Origin: an uncultured Methanosarcinales archaeon | GTDB lineage: Archaea > Nanobdellota > Nanobdellia > Woesearchaeales > DSVV01 | Direction: 5' to 3' | NCBI GenBank assembly: GCA_964556185.1 | Contig: CAZKVI010000001.1 | Span: 7,165-71,164, forward strand | DNA length: 64,000 bases | Shown: one piece after another, positions 1-11,089 of the stretch | How positions within the stretch are numbered: position 1 is the stretch's first letter | How the letters are laid out: the number at the start of each line of letters is the position of its first letter | Notes under the pieces: generated by a model | Seen by the model: only the letters and a program-made list of their open reading frames with translations | The model's database searches: none | Told to the model about the DNA's origin: nothing | Made by a program: the position numbers and the translations under genes

Positions 1-3
1 GAT

Positions 4-3000
4 ATGATGGAGAACAATGCACCAGAGATAACTTTTTCAGGTGGACATTCATTAGATCGATATATTAGTTTAGTTGAAAGTGGTGTTTTGGAATTTGGTG
101 AACATTATACTAGTGTAAGTATTAATGGTATGGATTATAGAATATATTTCTTACAAAGCCAAGGTTATGATAATCAGATGTATATATCAGGATTTAGAAT
201 TTTCTTAAATATGGGTGAGATTGATTCAAGTGATGGAGAATTCTTTGAAACTTTAACATCTGTTACAGATTCTTTGTATATCCAAGTAGAAGATAGAGAA
301 GGAACAAAGATTGAGCCAGTAGTACTTGAGGAAGAAAGTGAAGCAAGTATTACAGATGTTGATGAAGCAGCACCATTAAGTTTAGAAACTGGAGAAGTTT
401 CTGTTGAATTACCAGTACAAGGACTTGTTGGTGCAGAACAACTTGGACCATTAGAAGAACCTGTTTTTGTAGATTATAGAGAAGCTCAAGAAATGACAGA
501 TCAAGCAAGTACTAATTTATTCTTACAATCTTTACCTTTATTAGAAGATGCAGTTGCAAGAGGTGATGATAATACGATATTAACAATATTAGAATCATTA
601 GCAAATATTGCTCCTAAAGTTGATCCAACTTTAATAAGTATGACAATTCCTTATTTAGTTGATGCGTTGGGGGTTGTTGAGGATGAAGTGACATTAAATT
701 CTGTTGCTTCTCTTATAGCAAATGTTGCAGAATATTCAACTACTCCAGAACTTCTTGAAGATTTAATTGTTCCATTAGTAAATGCATATGGCCTGGTTCA
801 TGATGGTGATAAACCATCAATAACTATGGCTCTTGCAGCTGTTGTTGTAGCAGTTGATAATCTTCCTATTCCTGAATTAGTAATAATAGATATATTAATT
901 GCTGATCTAAAACAAAATGAAAATGCACTAGTTATTTCTGCTCTTGGTAAAATTGGTGAATCAGCAATTGAACCATTAATTGAAGCTTTAAAAGAGACAA
1001 ATGGTGGCACATTTGCTCAAGATTTAGGTGAGATAGCAAAAACTACAAATTCAGAATTAATTCAACAATTGGTTGATTCATTAATTACTGATTTGAAAGA
1101 GACTAGTGATTATAATGAAGCAAAAAAACTTATTTCTATTCTTGGTAAAATAGCTGGACCAGCAATTGAACCAATGATCTCTTTATTAGGGCAAATGCCA
1201 GATGAGGTTTTAGAAGTTAAGCTTGCTCAAACTATTGGTAGGATTGGTGAACCAGCAATCGAACCTTTGCTTGCTGCATTAGGTGAAACAAATGATATTG
1301 ATGTAATCTCTGGAATTGGTTCTGCTTTAAGTAAAATAACTGGAACACTAATGGATGTAGAATTATTAGAACCAATGATTGAACCCTTGGCTACTGCTCT
1401 AGTAAAGGCAAATGAACAAAACAACGATGATGCTAGATATTCTATTGTTTCAACTTTAAATAAAATAGCAAAACAAGTCAATCCAGAATTATTAAGGCCA
1501 GCACTTGAACCAGTAGCAGATCTTTTGGAAACTTCAGGAGTAAAAGATGTTCGTCTGATGGCCATCGTATTCTTGAGAGAAGTAGCAGAACCAGCAATTC
1601 CTACTTTATATTCTAGATTAAAACAAGCAAGGGCTTCAGGAAATCTCGAATTACAAGAAAATATTATACTTTCTTTTACAGGTATGGAAGATTTTTCTTT
1701 AGTAGAATTAACTGACTTAATTAAAGCAGATAATGAACAAACCAAACAAGTTCTAGAACAACTTGAATCACAAGGTTATGAATTTAGACTTCAAGATTAT
1801 GGGATATTAACTTCTTATCCAGAAGTTTTATTAGGAATTCCTTTGGAAAGAGATGAGTTAATTGCTGCAATTAGAGAAATGATGCCAGCTGAGCATATAG
1901 AAAAAACAGTTCAACCTGGTTACGAATCACAGAATTTTGATGATTATGTTGGTGAAGGCTCTGTTAATCAATTAAGTATAGTAAGTTTAGCAAAACTATA
2001 TTTAATGTTAAATACACTAAGCAATCCATCATTTGTTGATCGAGTTGGTTTATTGATTATACAGGATTTCTTAAATACAGATACAGAAACAGGTGGAGTA
2101 GTTAGATTAGTTGATGGTTCTGTTGCTTTGGTTAATTTTGAGCCAAGTAAAAGGGGAAATTATAAGGTGTTTGCTTCTCCTACTGAAGTTAAAGTTTTAT
2201 CTTTTTATGAAGTAGGGGATTATCATCTACATGCTGGTACTGGAACAACCAAAGGTAATGCAGATCTTGCGGGACCAAGTGGATTTTTACATGGTTCAGA
2301 AGGTGATTTAGTAGTGGCTCATTTAGCTAAAAGAGATGGTGTTGTTATAACTCATTTAGGGGGAGAGCATGGAAGAAATTCATATAATGTTGTGTTTTAT
2401 ACTCCAACTGGTCAAGTTGTCGATCTTGGTGTTTATAGATGGAATGAAGAAAGTGTTCCTTGGTTGACTGCAGAGGAAGAAGTAGAAGTTAAAGCAGGTA
2501 TGGAAGAAAGAAGACAATTAGCAACACAAGTAGTACAGGCTGCATTGGGGGCCAGAGTTCAAGCAATGCAAGCTGCAGAGACTGATGTTGAAACTAATTT
2601 AGGAGAATTCTTAGAAGCTAATGGATTAGAAGATACTTGCAGTGATTGTATTTTATTAATTGGTCAAGTTAGACAATTAATTAAAGATGGTAAATTAGAT
2701 GAAGCAAGAGCTTTAATTGATAGAGAAATCAATGCACTTGTTCAAGGAGCTGGAAGTAGTTTTGTTGATATTGCTAATGCAGATTATGCAAGAGCAATTA
2801 CTGAATTAAATGGATTAATTTATCTAGTAGAAAGAGATGCATCTGCATCAATTGATTTATTGAGTAGTATTGGTCAACTAACTTATCAAATTGAATTAGT
2901 TCAAGCTAAACAAGAAAGATTGGCTGCTATTGAAGATGGTGATCTTATTGAACCTTGGGATTTTGTTGATGAAGTTTACGAAGATTCAGTAAGTAATTAT

Positions 3001-6000
3001 ATGGTTGAATTACAAGATTATTATATGTCTAAAGTTATGGTTGCTTTGGAAGGAATTATTCCTGCTGAATTTATTGAAATATCATTATCACATGGATTAA
3101 AACCACAAGATATAATTAGGTTCTTTTTAGATGATTATGTAACAGATGATAATTTAGATCAAATTTCTGTATTAGGGAATGCTTTAGAAGAATATGCAAT
3201 TGCTGCAGAAACAAATCCAGATTTATCAATGACTGCAGAAGAAGCAAGGGCATTAAAAGATTTTGTTTTAGCAGCTACATCCTTTTTTATTGAAGGAACA
3301 GTTAAAATAGGAGAAGATGAAACAGTTGTAGAAGGGCAACAACTATCTTTCTTGTCACGTTATGGACGAGCAGTTGCATCAGTTGCAGCAGGTGTATTAA
3401 CACTAGCAATTGCGAAACCTGTGTTTGCAGCGACTACAATTATTGCTAGTGGGACAGTCATGCCTGCACTTGGTATTGCAGGAGGAGCAATAGCTGCAAT
3501 TATTGGCGGTTATTTTGCATATACAAAAGTAATTAAGCCTTGGTGGTTGAGAAGGAACATAGATAGTCAACTAGAGGTGCTTGCGACTTCAGATGATCAA
3601 AATGAAATAGATACAGCAGTTCAAAACTTGGTAATAATAGGAGAGCCAGCAATAGAACCATTAATGACTTACATGGAAAAGTCATTTTTTAGGGATAAGA
3701 TATTTGCACAAGCTATTGTTGAAGTTTCTAATAATGTGGGGCCAGAAGTGATGGAAACTTTTATACCTCGTTTGATTGAAGATTCTCTTAAAATCTCTCC
3801 TGATGCAAGCTTTGAAATAGGTGAAGTCTTTTCTAAAATAGGAGAGCCAGCAATACAACTCTTGGTTGAGACATTAGAATCTGCAACACAAAGAAAAGAT
3901 TATTCTGCAAAAGAAAGAATAGTGAATACATTCTCTCAAATTGCTAAAACAAATGATCCGGCACTTTTATGGCCAGCAATAAAACCATTAATTGATTCTA
4001 TGCAGGCAGAACCATTCCTTCAAAATACTGGTACAAGAAATCTTCTTACAACTATTGGTGCACCTACCATGCCTTATTTAGTGGAAGCTTTAAGTTATAC
4101 AGAAGGAGATGTAAAAAAATATGTTATTATGACTATTAAATCTATTGCTGAAAAAGAAGATGTAACAGGAGAGGAATTAGAACAAGCAATTTTACCATTA
4201 GCTGAATCTTTTTCTACAGAAGATACTTGGACTACAGTTGAAGTTGAGTTAGGGCTAGAAATTAGTAAAGCACTTACAGAAATTGCTAAAAAGTCTGACA
4301 GCGAATTATTCTTGTATACAATTGCACCTTTGAGTAATGCTTTGCGAATAGGAGATTCTTTTTCAAAAGTAGAAGCAGCTCGTGCAGTTGCAGAGATTGC
4401 TAAAAAAGAAAATATTGATGGAAATTCATTAATGCCTACAGTTTATTCTTTGATGGATTCATTTGGTGGACTTAGAAAACATGAAGATAAGATTGTTGTA
4501 GCAGCAGCTATTGCAGAAGTTGCTAAAAAAGTAGATGGTGAATTATTTGTAGAAACAGTAGATTCGTTGGTTTACATGCTTGCAATAGATTTAAGAGTAC
4601 AGAATGATGAAAGAGAAATCATAAGCGATGCTCTTGCAGCAATAGGGGTGCCTGCAATTATACCTTTACTAAACTCATTGGGAGATAAAGAAGCACGTAG
4701 CACAGAAATCACTAACACAATTGCTAAGATGGGGGATTCTGCGATTCAACCAATAGTTGATTCATTGCCAGAGTTGAAATATGAACAATCAGTCTCTCGT
4801 GCTGCAGATATTCTTGCAGAATTTGGAGAAAAAGCGATTCCAGGTTTAGTTGAAGTATTACAAAAAGCAGAAGGACTTCAAATAAATAACATCCTTTGGT
4901 CTATTACTAAAATTGCTGGCAAAGAGGATGTTAGTAGAAGGGCATTAGAGCCACTAATACAACCACTAATAGATTTATTAATGGGTTCTTTTACTCCGGC
5001 ATTAGTTCATTCTACTTTTGGAGATATTGGACCATCAACAGTCCAACCTTTATTTGAAGCATTACAAGCAACAGAGGACCATGAAACAAAGCGCAAGATT
5101 CTTTTTTCTCTTTCATACGCTATTAAAAATGTAGATCCAGAGATTGCAGAGCCATTAATACAGCCAATGTTTGAAATTATGATGGAAGGCATCACAGGGG
5201 AAGGAGTTTCTAAGATTTCATCTGATGCAATGGAGGTCTTAATCAATATGGGAAAAACATCTGTTCCATTCTTATTACAAGAACTTGAAAAAACAAAACC
5301 TTGGTCAGAATTAGTAGAAGGCAGCAAAGAATGGATGGTCAAAAAGCAGATATCTGGTGCATTAATAAAGATAGCTCAAGAGATTATGGAATCTGACTTA
5401 GAATTTGTTATGGGAAGTATAATGGATATGTATGTTGAGCTTGCATTCGAAGTTGGTATGATTGCTGATGCATCAATCCAGTCAGAGATTATTAGAAGTG
5501 CCTCTAGTTTTATTTACATATTAAATAAGAATAATGCTTTGACAAGGATGGATCAAGATTACTTAAAACAAAAGATTATTGTTCCTTTTATTTCATTATT
5601 AAAAGAACAAGATACATTTATTGATCATGATGCATCATTTGTTTTGAAAATGCTTGGTTTACCAGCACTAGAAACCATACTTACTGATAAAGATATTAGT
5701 TTGGATGATAAAAAGAAAGCATTTAATTTGTTGAAAGATACTTTGCCTGCAGCAGATCAATTCTTTTATGAATTAATCTTTGAATTGGAATCAGAAGATC
5801 AAATAGGAATAGCTAGGAGAATTTATACAAAAGGCATAATGCCTACAAACTATCTTGTAGATAATTATGAAGAAGGTATTGAAGATGAATGGGAAGCAAC
5901 TTTAACTTCAATACAAACAAGAGAGACATCAATGGATTATGATAATCCATTACATGTTGCATTAATGTATACAGACTTTAGAGGAAAAATAGATTGTTGT

Positions 6001-9000
6001 TTCTCAAGACCAAGTAAGTATAATTATGAAACTTATCAAAGTATTATGCAAGACTTAGATGCTGATGCTGTACCAAGTTTATCAGGAGATCAAGAAGCAG
6101 AGTTAGTCTATGCTGGTTATGAAGCATATAGGGTTCATCAATATTTAGTAGAATTAAATGAAATGGCAAAACAAATGGGTAGGAAATTATTGGTTGTTCC
6201 AAATTATAGTTATGGAAGATTTATAATAGAACCTATTCAAAAAGATTTAGAACGTTTAGATAATATAATTATCCAACCAGCAAGAATTGGTTCAACAGAA
6301 GCACACTCAAATGATTATTTATTACATGCATCTAATACAAATAGGTTATTTGATGAAAATACAGAAAGAATGATTTTAGAAGAGCAACCTATTATTGTAA
6401 TGGTTGATGGAAGTAATAGTTATACTAGGGGAAGAGATGCTCGTTATCCAGATGCACAAAAAGGCTTTACTAATTGGGGTATTGTATTAAATGATGTTCT
6501 TGGTGTAGAACAAGGCGAAATGCAGAGGACAGATGATCATATAACTGGTTTAAGAGAAACATCAGCTTATGCAACATTAAGAACAAGAATGGAAGGTTAT
6601 GGTATTTCTGTAGAAGGTGCAGAACAATACAATGTGCATTATTGGAATCCAGCAGGAACTTCATTAGCTTTAACAAAAGGTAAGCATGCAACAAGAGTAG
6701 TGGAAACAAAAGTTCCTGTAACACAATCTTCTGAAATTGATGGTCCAGCAGTTGTAATAATTAATTCAGTGTTTAATGATGGTTATGATGATGTTAGTCT
6801 TCCTGCTGATGTAAAAGCAAAAGGAAATAACAAACAACATGAATCTGCTTATTATGATGATACACATCATATTCAAGATATATTATTCAAGAAAGGAAGC
6901 CATGGTATAGAAATACAAGATGAAATTTATGAAGCTATTAGGGACGAATTTACAGATTTTAAACATCAGAATTCTCCATTATATGTTGCAATAGAAGAAA
7001 CAGGAATCTTAACACATAAGCAAGCAACAGAAATGAGATTGCATAGATTACAACATTATTCTGTAGAGAGAGCTACAAGTAAATTATTAGGCAAGCTTTC
7101 AAGACGAGAAATTACTTTAAGTGCTGGTCAAATTGCAGATCTTATTGCAATAATACAAACTCAACAAATTTATGCAGATAGAGAAGTCAGTTCTTCAGAG
7201 GTTGCAAGAGATATTGCTGAGGAAGAAGTAAGAGAAGCAGCAGAGACTTATTTAAGAGATCCTGTTGTAATTGAATATGGAACTTCATGTAGAAGTGCTT
7301 GTGTAATTGGTGCAGAACTTGATGAAAGGGTTATAGGTGTTGAAGAAGGAAGACATGAAGATCTTGGTCCAGTTGTTGCATCAGATGGATATGGGTTATC
7401 AGTTGCTGCAGAGATTATTGATAACTTAGATGATCCTGCAAATGATGGTAATGAACAAGCATTAGTAGATTATGCATTTAGATTATTGGATCAGGTTGAT
7501 GGAGAAGCTCAAGAGGAAGCATTTGCAAGAGCTCAATTCTTGCAAGAAATAAAAGAATTAGAAGCAGAAGTTGCAGAAGAATCAGAAACATATGAAGATA
7601 CTGTTAGTAGTGATATGGTTGACTTACAAGAGTTCCATATATCTAAAGTTATGGTTGCATTGGAAGAGATTATTCCTGTTGAGGTTATTGATGAATTCTT
7701 TTCTCTTGATGTTTCTTTACAAGAGATATTTGATTATTATTTGAGTGCTTATGTGACAGAAGATAATCTTGATCAACTTATAGAATTAGAAGAATTAGAG
7801 TTTATTGGTAGATTGCGTGAAGCAATACTTGTTGATGATCTTGAACTGAGACTCGAGGATTCAACAGAAGTAAATATAATTGGTGCTGAACAAGAAATTT
7901 CAGAACTTGAAAGAACACTTGAGAGAGAGTTTTTTAGTTTTGATGGAATATCAGCAGAATTAGCAAGTAGAATTGTAGCTGTTGATCCTGAATTAACTCC
8001 ACGTGTAATAAGTGGAGAATACACTGATGTAGTTGAAGTAATTGATTCTAGTGTAAGACATACAATAAATGTTGATATAAGGGCAAGAGATAGAATACCT
8101 TTGTTTGTTATTGATAGATTAAGAGCAGGTAGGTCAATTAGTTTACATCAAGGAACTAGTGCAGAATCTATTGTACAATTAAGAAAAGAAGGATTTACAC
8201 AGTTTAACTCATTATCTCAATGGAGACCTAAGTTATGGGTAGCAACAAATGAAGACGGCGCTCTTACTTATTTCTTTGCAGATATTTATAGTGAAAGTAG
8301 ACTTAATGATGTCCAAGCATTGTTAAAACTTTTAGATGTTCCTTCGTCTAATGTTGATACATATGATTATGGACATGAGTATGTTGGAGAAATACGCGAA
8401 GCACTTGAAGGTATTCCTGATGAAAATAAACCAGATGTATTAATTATGGGAGATCAAACAGCTTTTATGCAAGGATATCTTAGAGATGGTTATATTGCAA
8501 GTACACTTGCAACTAATTTACAAGAATTGGTTCAAAGTCAATTAGCAGAAGGAAAACCAATTGTTGAAGCATTACAATCTTATTTTTCTGTAGAAGGTGA
8601 ATGGTTCGATAATTATTATAATGAAATTGTGTCAACTAATTCAATGAGAAATGTGTTAAGGGAACATTTTGTAGAAGTAGGAAGAGCACGTGAGTTAGGA
8701 AGTGTAATGGCGCAGATAAAAGAAAGAGGTTTTATTGATAGTGATTTCTTAGATGAACTTGATGTTCCAAGAGAAGCACAGGCAGAAATATTAAATGCTG
8801 AATATTATATTTCAAAAGATGGGTTTTATGAATCACAAATTCAGTCCTTAGTTAATGATTTGATTGATTTATTTGTTAGTAATCCAAATTATGATGCTTT
8901 ATTGGGTAGTAATCCAAAGGACTTGCTTAGGGATCGGGCTTTGGCAGCAGAATTTACAAAAGCATATGAAGAAGTAGTTAAAGTCTTGGATAAACATAAT

Positions 9001-9828
9001 CTGTTTCGTAGATTTAATACACTTCAAATGCCACAAACTTTTCTTGAAAAATATGAAACTCCTTTTATAGTTATGTATGGGTTTAAAATATTGACTTCAT
9101 CTGGAGAAGTTAAAAACATAATATTAACCCCTAATCCTTATGGGGATCTTGGAGGAGATGTAGTTGATGCAGCCTTGCAGTATAGTGAAGACCATGATTT
9201 AGAGGAAATATTGTTTATTGGTACAGGAGGAGCAATAGCATCCGAAGGTCTTGAAGTACATGATATATATTTTCCTGAATCTGTTGATGTGGAAATTGGC
9301 TACTTGAAAGTTCCAAATGCAATGGCGACAAGATATAAAAGAGGAGAATTACAAACAAAATATTCAGAAGTACATTTTACAAGACACGCTTCTATAGATA
9401 CTGTATTGGAAGAGACTTATCCATTTGTAGAAGCTTTACAAGAAGATGGAATAGAAACACTTGATGTTGAAATAAATACTATTGTTGCTAGTTATAGGCT
9501 TTATTTGGGTTTTGTTTCTCATGAGTTATCCAAATTTTTAACAGAACATCAATCTAAAGCAATAGATAATCATTTACAAAATGGAGAAAGTATTGATAGG
9601 ACTTTTTTAGAAGAACTTGGTATTTCTGAAAGAGAAGTACAAGATAGAGTTCTTTCTATTACGGATAAAGTTCCTAATTTGAGTATTGTTCAACATGTTT
9701 CTGATTTACCATTAGTTCCTGGTTTGACATTAGATGAATTAGGGTTTGGAACATCTCTTGGATTACAGAGAGATAAATATTCTAATTTAATACTTGAACA
9801 TCTTGATGTAGTAGCAGTTGAACCATAA
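4..9828 (+). CDS. Giant (3274 aa) HEAT/PBS-lyase-like repeat protein with a central transmembrane hairpin. It may be 5'-partial at the window edge. A possible C-terminal nucleoside-phosphorylase-like domain is noted.
   Basis: Single uninterrupted ORF. Many GEPAIEPL(I/L)EAL-type HEAT repeats occur in two blocks (about aa 190-620 and 1190-1740). Two hydrophobic helices lie around aa 1120-1185. An internal duplicated ~60-aa module (MVELQDYYMSKVMVALEGIIP / MVDLQEFHISKVMVALEEIIP) is present. The C-terminal ~250 aa contains FIGTGGA and a DVEINT motif reminiscent of the PNP/MTAN fold. Confidence 0.7.
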   Translation: MMENNAPEITFSGGHSLDRYISLVESGVLEFGEHYTSVSINGMDYRIYFLQSQGYDNQMYISGFRIFLNMGEIDSSDGEFFETLTSVTDSLYIQVEDREGTKIEPVVLEEESEASITDVDEAAPLSLETGEVSVELPVQGLVGAEQLGPLEEPVFVDYREAQEMTDQASTNLFLQSLPLLEDAVARGDDNTILTILESLANIAPKVDPTLISMTIPYLVDALGVVEDEVTLNSVASLIANVAEYSTTPELLEDLIVPLVNAYGLVHDGDKPSITMALAAVVVAVDNLPIPELVIIDILIADLKQNENALVISALGKIGESAIEPLIEALKETNGGTFAQDLGEIAKTTNSELIQQLVDSLITDLKETSDYNEAKKLISILGKIAGPAIEPMISLLGQMPDEVLEVKLAQTIGRIGEPAIEPLLAALGETNDIDVISGIGSALSKITGTLMDVELLEPMIEPLATALVKANEQNNDDARYSIVSTLNKIAKQVNPELLRPALEPVADLLETSGVKDVRLMAIVFLREVAEPAIPTLYSRLKQARASGNLELQENIILSFTGMEDFSLVELTDLIKADNEQTKQVLEQLESQGYEFRLQDYGILTSYPEVLLGIPLERDELIAAIREMMPAEHIEKTVQPGYESQNFDDYVGEGSVNQLSIVSLAKLYLMLNTLSNPSFVDRVGLLIIQDFLNTDTETGGVVRLVDGSVALVNFEPSKRGNYKVFASPTEVKVLSFYEVGDYHLHAGTGTTKGNADLAGPSGFLHGSEGDLVVAHLAKRDGVVITHLGGEHGRNSYNVVFYTPTGQVVDLGVYRWNEESVPWLTAEEEVEVKAGMEERRQLATQVVQAALGARVQAMQAAETDVETNLGEFLEANGLEDTCSDCILLIGQVRQLIKDGKLDEARALIDREINALVQGAGSSFVDIANADYARAITELNGLIYLVERDASASIDLLSSIGQLTYQIELVQAKQERLAAIEDGDLIEPWDFVDEVYEDSVSNYMVELQDYYMSKVMVALEGIIPAEFIEISLSHGLKPQDIIRFFLDDYVTDDNLDQISVLGNALEEYAIAAETNPDLSMTAEEARALKDFVLAATSFFIEGTVKIGEDETVVEGQQLSFLSRYGRAVASVAAGVLTLAIAKPVFAATTIIASGTVMPALGIAGGAIAAIIGGYFAYTKVIKPWWLRRNIDSQLEVLATSDDQNEIDTAVQNLVIIGEPAIEPLMTYMEKSFFRDKIFAQAIVEVSNNVGPEVMETFIPRLIEDSLKISPDASFEIGEVFSKIGEPAIQLLVETLESATQRKDYSAKERIVNTFSQIAKTNDPALLWPAIKPLIDSMQAEPFLQNTGTRNLLTTIGAPTMPYLVEALSYTEGDVKKYVIMTIKSIAEKEDVTGEELEQAILPLAESFSTEDTWTTVEVELGLEISKALTEIAKKSDSELFLYTIAPLSNALRIGDSFSKVEAARAVAEIAKKENIDGNSLMPTVYSLMDSFGGLRKHEDKIVVAAAIAEVAKKVDGELFVETVDSLVYMLAIDLRVQNDEREIISDALAAIGVPAIIPLLNSLGDKEARSTEITNTIAKMGDSAIQPIVDSLPELKYEQSVSRAADILAEFGEKAIPGLVEVLQKAEGLQINNILWSITKIAGKEDVSRRALEPLIQPLIDLLMGSFTPALVHSTFGDIGPSTVQPLFEALQATEDHETKRKILFSLSYAIKNVDPEIAEPLIQPMFEIMMEGITGEGVSKISSDAMEVLINMGKTSVPFLLQELEKTKPWSELVEGSKEWMVKKQISGALIKIAQEIMESDLEFVMGSIMDMYVELAFEVGMIADASIQSEIIRSASSFIYILNKNNALTRMDQDYLKQKIIVPFISLLKEQDTFIDHDASFVLKMLGLPALETILTDKDISLDDKKKAFNLLKDTLPAADQFFYELIFELESEDQIGIARRIYTKGIMPTNYLVDNYEEGIEDEWEATLTSIQTRETSMDYDNPLHVALMYTDFRGKIDCCFSRPSKYNYETYQSIMQDLDADAVPSLSGDQEAELVYAGYEAYRVHQYLVELNEMAKQMGRKLLVVPNYSYGRFIIEPIQKDLERLDNIIIQPARIGSTEAHSNDYLLHASNTNRLFDENTERMILEEQPIIVMVDGSNSYTRGRDARYPDAQKGFTNWGIVLNDVLGVEQGEMQRTDDHITGLRETSAYATLRTRMEGYGISVEGAEQYNVHYWNPAGTSLALTKGKHATRVVETKVPVTQSSEIDGPAVVIINSVFNDGYDDVSLPADVKAKGNNKQHESAYYDDTHHIQDILFKKGSHGIEIQDEIYEAIRDEFTDFKHQNSPLYVAIEETGILTHKQATEMRLHRLQHYSVERATSKLLGKLSRREITLSAGQIADLIAIIQTQQIYADREVSSSEVARDIAEEEVREAAETYLRDPVVIEYGTSCRSACVIGAELDERVIGVEEGRHEDLGPVVASDGYGLSVAAEIIDNLDDPANDGNEQALVDYAFRLLDQVDGEAQEEAFARAQFLQEIKELEAEVAEESETYEDTVSSDMVDLQEFHISKVMVALEEIIPVEVIDEFFSLDVSLQEIFDYYLSAYVTEDNLDQLIELEELEFIGRLREAILVDDLELRLEDSTEVNIIGAEQEISELERTLEREFFSFDGISAELASRIVAVDPELTPRVISGEYTDVVEVIDSSVRHTINVDIRARDRIPLFVIDRLRAGRSISLHQGTSAESIVQLRKEGFTQFNSLSQWRPKLWVATNEDGALTYFFADIYSESRLNDVQALLKLLDVPSSNVDTYDYGHEYVGEIREALEGIPDENKPDVLIMGDQTAFMQGYLRDGYIASTLATNLQELVQSQLAEGKPIVEALQSYFSVEGEWFDNYYNEIVSTNSMRNVLREHFVEVGRARELGSVMAQIKERGFIDSDFLDELDVPREAQAEILNAEYYISKDGFYESQIQSLVNDLIDLFVSNPNYDALLGSNPKDLLRDRALAAEFTKAYEEVVKVLDKHNLFRRFNTLQMPQTFLEKYETPFIVMYGFKILTSSGEVKNIILTPNPYGDLGGDVVDAALQYSEDHDLEEILFIGTGGAIASEGLEVHDIYFPESVDVEIGYLKVPNAMATRYKRGELQTKYSEVHFTRHASIDTVLEETYPFVEALQEDGIETLDVEINTIVASYRLYLGFVSHELSKFLTEHQSKAIDNHLQNGESIDRTFLEELGISEREVQDRVLSITDKVPNLSIVQHVSDLPLVPGLTLDELGFGTSLGLQRDKYSNLILEHLDVVAVEP

Positions 9829-10770
9829 TTAAGAAATAACTTCTATTTCTGCTGCATATTTTCTAACAGATGCCATAGTTCCTTTTGGTAATTGGATTCC
9901 AGTTCTTAATAAAAGGTCGAATTTTTGATGACCTTCACCCAATGTTCTATAATATTCAGATGCTGAAATATATCTTGCTAAATCATGTTTAGGGGGAATT
10001 ATTCTAACGAAATATTGGTGAGTTCCAGATTCATCTTGTTTTATTCCAATCCCTAATAAGTCTGGTGAATCAGATTGAAATGAACACCATTGAAGTACAA
10101 GAGAATCTAGTTGACCAGAACCAACACAATAAGTATCTGATGGTGGAAGTAAAGAATCCTCAGTGATCTTACTTCTAAAATATCTGCCTTCTAATTGAAT
10201 AACTTTATTGCTTTGCCAATAATCTTCAATAGAACCACCTTCCCACCATCCTTGTCTTTGTGGCTGGAGAATTGCTCCAGGTCTATGAAATGGAACAACT
10301 CCAGGATTTAACATATGTCCTTCTGATTCTCTTCCTCTAACTTCTACTAAATGATCTCCTCTAAATATTTCGATTGTTGGTAAATTAGTTTGTTCATAAG
10401 GAATTCCCTTATCTTCTAAATTTATTCTTGTAACTGCTCTTCTTATAGCAATGTCTTGTATGTGGGTAAGTTTTTCTTGGCCAACATCATAATCTAAGCC
10501 AGAATTTACATTATCAGGAGAAGTATCATAAACATCAGAAGCAGTAGAGACTAACCATTCTAATAGTTGTCTATCATTTTTTAAGAATTGATAATAAGAT
10601 TGTTCATATTGTCTTAGTGCTTCATTTCTTGATATTGCTTTTCCATCTAAGGTTTGGGCAATTCTTACAGAATTACCATAAAATCTTGAAAGAGAATCCA
10701 TAACTCTTTCATGTAATTTTCCAATATAACCTACTCTTGCAATTGTTGTCCAGTTTTCCTGTTCACTCAT
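9829..10770 (-). CDS. Hypothetical protein (313 aa), convergent with and abutting the giant gene.
   Basis: Long ORF with no recognisable motif. Its GC content is slightly elevated relative to its neighbours. Confidence 0.45.
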   Translation of the reverse strand: MSEQENWTTIARVGYIGKLHERVMDSLSRFYGNSVRIAQTLDGKAISRNEALRQYEQSYYQFLKNDRQLLEWLVSTASDVYDTSPDNVNSGLDYDVGQEKLTHIQDIAIRRAVTRINLEDKGIPYEQTNLPTIEIFRGDHLVEVRGRESEGHMLNPGVVPFHRPGAILQPQRQGWWEGGSIEDYWQSNKVIQLEGRYFRSKITEDSLLPPSDTYCVGSGQLDSLVLQWCSFQSDSPDLLGIGIKQDESGTHQYFVRIIPPKHDLARYISASEYYRTLGEGHQKFDLLLRTGIQLPKGTMASVRKYAAEIEVIS

Positions 10771-11089
10771 ATATCAAAGAACAGATAATTTATTTATAAA
10801 CCTTTCTAATTTTAACTACTATATAATAACCAATCATCTATAATCATCAATATCGACCTTTACAGGCCATGTATGTGTCCCTTATATATGGGGATCTTAC
10901 CCTGAAGTACTAAACAAGTTATTTATTAAGCAGTTGATAAAGAATATGATAATGAAGAATTAGAACAAAGAATGTCTGGTTCAGTAGATGACTCAAGATA
11001 TGTTGATGAAATTATGCGATCTTCAATAATCGCAGGAACAATAGCAGAAGAACAAGGAATAGCTGTCGCACCTTAATTTAATATATTTA

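Noticed and set aside
798-8024. Minus-strand ORFs of 70-172 aa inside the giant gene (798..1010, 1227..1745, 5007..5342, 6470..6724, 7773..8024).
   Set aside because: They are fully embedded antisense to a long, motif-rich ORF. They show low-complexity Ser/Ile-rich translations typical of shadow ORFs in AT-rich DNA.
10971-11075. 34-aa ATG-initiated ORF (MSGSVDDSRYVDEIMRSSIIAGTIAEEQGIAVAP) in the 320-nt spacer.
   Set aside because: It is too short and lacks any motif support. It may be a relic fragment, so it is not called.
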